From an uncultured Gammaproteobacteria bacterium (lineage in GTDB: Bacteria; Patescibacteriota; Microgenomatia; UBA1406; GWC2-37-13), in assembly GCA_964366455.1 (NCBI GenBank), contig CAYISZ010000001.1, forward strand, positions 15,111-79,110: DNA of 64,000 bases, read 5' to 3'. Within the stretch, counting starts at the first letter, position 1, and each line of letters opens with the position of its first letter. Shown here piece by piece: positions 63,220 to 64,000 of this stretch. A model generated the notes under the pieces. That model saw nothing but the letters and a program-made list of their open reading frames with translations. It searched no databases and was not told where the DNA came from. A program made the translations under genes and the position numbers.

Positions 63220-63867
63220 TCAGACATTTAAAAGAGAGAGAATTTCCTCATGTATCTGTTTTATTGGACGTTGAGTACCAGTAGAGTCGGTGCAGGCTAT
63301 CCGATGCCAGTGATTAAACTTTTCTTGAAGAAGTTGATAAATTTTCGCTGTCTTTTGGCGATGTTCGGAGCTTGCCTCATGAAGATCTGCCTTACCTTCG
63401 TTATTGCTATTCTTCATTCCCAACTCCCATGGCAGGTCAAGATATATTACGACATCTTCTTTTGGAAGTTTAAGTTCTCCATATTCGAGTTGTTGAATCC
63501 AGTCAATAAACTCTATCTGTTTAGACTCATCCTTAATGTTAGCCGCTTGATGGGCAATATTAGATGGTACATATCGGTTAGCAACTACAGTCCCTCCTTT
63601 GTCTAAAAATGCCTGTATTTTTTCTCTGACAGTTGAGCGATCAAGAGCGTAAATAATCGATATTAGAAATGGAGAAGTCTGCGCGATTGAACCGTAATCT
63701 CCCTTAAGATAATCGGCAACAAGCTTTCCGAAAAAACCCTCATATTGCGGAAAGCTAACGTACAGCACCGGCGTTCCTTTTTTTTGGAAAAACTCTACTA
63801 ATAGTTTTGCCTGCGTTTCTTTCCCAGATCCATCCACACCCTCGATAACGATAAAAGTACCTTTCAT
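63220..63867 (-). CDS. tmk: Thymidylate kinase
   Basis: FIVIEGVDGSGKETQAKLL P-loop and DRY-like region (ANRYVPSN). Confidence 0.92.
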   Translation of the reverse strand: MKGTFIVIEGVDGSGKETQAKLLVEFFQKKGTPVLYVSFPQYEGFFGKLVADYLKGDYGSIAQTSPFLISIIYALDRSTVREKIQAFLDKGGTVVANRYVPSNIAHQAANIKDESKQIEFIDWIQQLEYGELKLPKEDVVIYLDLPWELGMKNSNNEGKADLHEASSEHRQKTAKIYQLLQEKFNHWHRIACTDSTGTQRPIKQIHEEILSLLNV

Positions 63868-63907
63868 AATATATTTAGTTCCCTGCCTGCTGGCAGGCAG
63901 GTAAGTT

Positions 63908-64000
63908 CTATAACGTGATACTGTCCCCAGATTTTAGTTGATTTTCAAGAATCTTCTTAGCAATGATGTCCTCGACCGAAGATGAAATAAGTCGTTGCAC
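63908..64000 (-). CDS. C-terminal end of a Clp/Hsp100-type ATPase (partial, start beyond window)
   Basis: Hand translation gives VQRLISSSVEDIIAKKILENQLKSGDSITL*, resembling the C-terminal Clp tail (RxI...ED.LAe.IL.g....GD.v). A 9-bp palindromic hairpin CCTGCCTGC-TG-GCAGGCAGG follows at 63881-63900. Confidence 0.4.
   Translation of the reverse strand: MQRLISSSVEDIIAKKILENQLKSGDSITL

Noticed and set aside
63250-63606. 118-aa plus-strand ORF
   Set aside because: It is antisense to tmk, which is unambiguous.
1-64000. Alternative genetic code (UGA sense, as in some CPR lineages)
   Set aside because: Long conserved genes are intact under the standard code, and TGA terminates at least two CDSs at sensible positions (18328 and 35957).

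Overview
AT-rich bacterial chromosome segment, about 90% coding and almost all on the minus strand, with standard stop codons (TGA ends the CDSs at 18328 and 35957). Small or truncated housekeeping proteins, many glycosyltransferases and the lack of an L9 gene after rpsF-ssb-rpsR suggest a reduced-genome CPR/Patescibacteria-like organism; this is inference, no search was run. Positions 1-23577 form a glycan-biosynthesis island. It holds a 13-gene minus-strand operon (GT2/GT4/GT-C transferases and an FdtA-like cupin / N-acetyltransferase / DegT aminotransferase / C-methyltransferase / SDR sugar-modification set). It also holds a divergent pair of TPR-fused GT-C (TMTC-like) paralogs and an overlapping-codon operon of flippase, two GT2s, a ferredoxin and a B12-binding radical SAM enzyme. 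Positions 23708-64000 are core information-processing genes (lepA, miaA, folD, gyrA/B, ppa, rplJL, rpmE, hisS, rpsF-ssb-rpsR, cysS, tRNA-Pro, rnj, recR, prs, ybaB, dnaX, rpsU, proS, rseP, frr, tsf, rpsB, galU, tmk) interspersed with orphan genes. The main unexplained signals are: (i) intergenic spacers built from degenerate 7-, 8- or 9-nt tandem word arrays that recur between loci and extend in frame into CDSs; (ii) many TATAAT boxes 6-7 nt upstream of ATG, implying leaderless mRNAs; (iii) a TrpR-like gene bracketed by two copies of a 12+12 nt palindrome and by two paralogous small membrane-protein genes; (iv) a 16-codon Leu/Ile-rich mini-ORF with attenuator-like hairpins; (v) an RF1-like release factor lacking domain 1; (vi) a YbeY-like protein lacking the metal-binding His triad; and (vii) several orphan genes that look more GC-rich. 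No CRISPR array, rRNA, transposase or integrase was seen.
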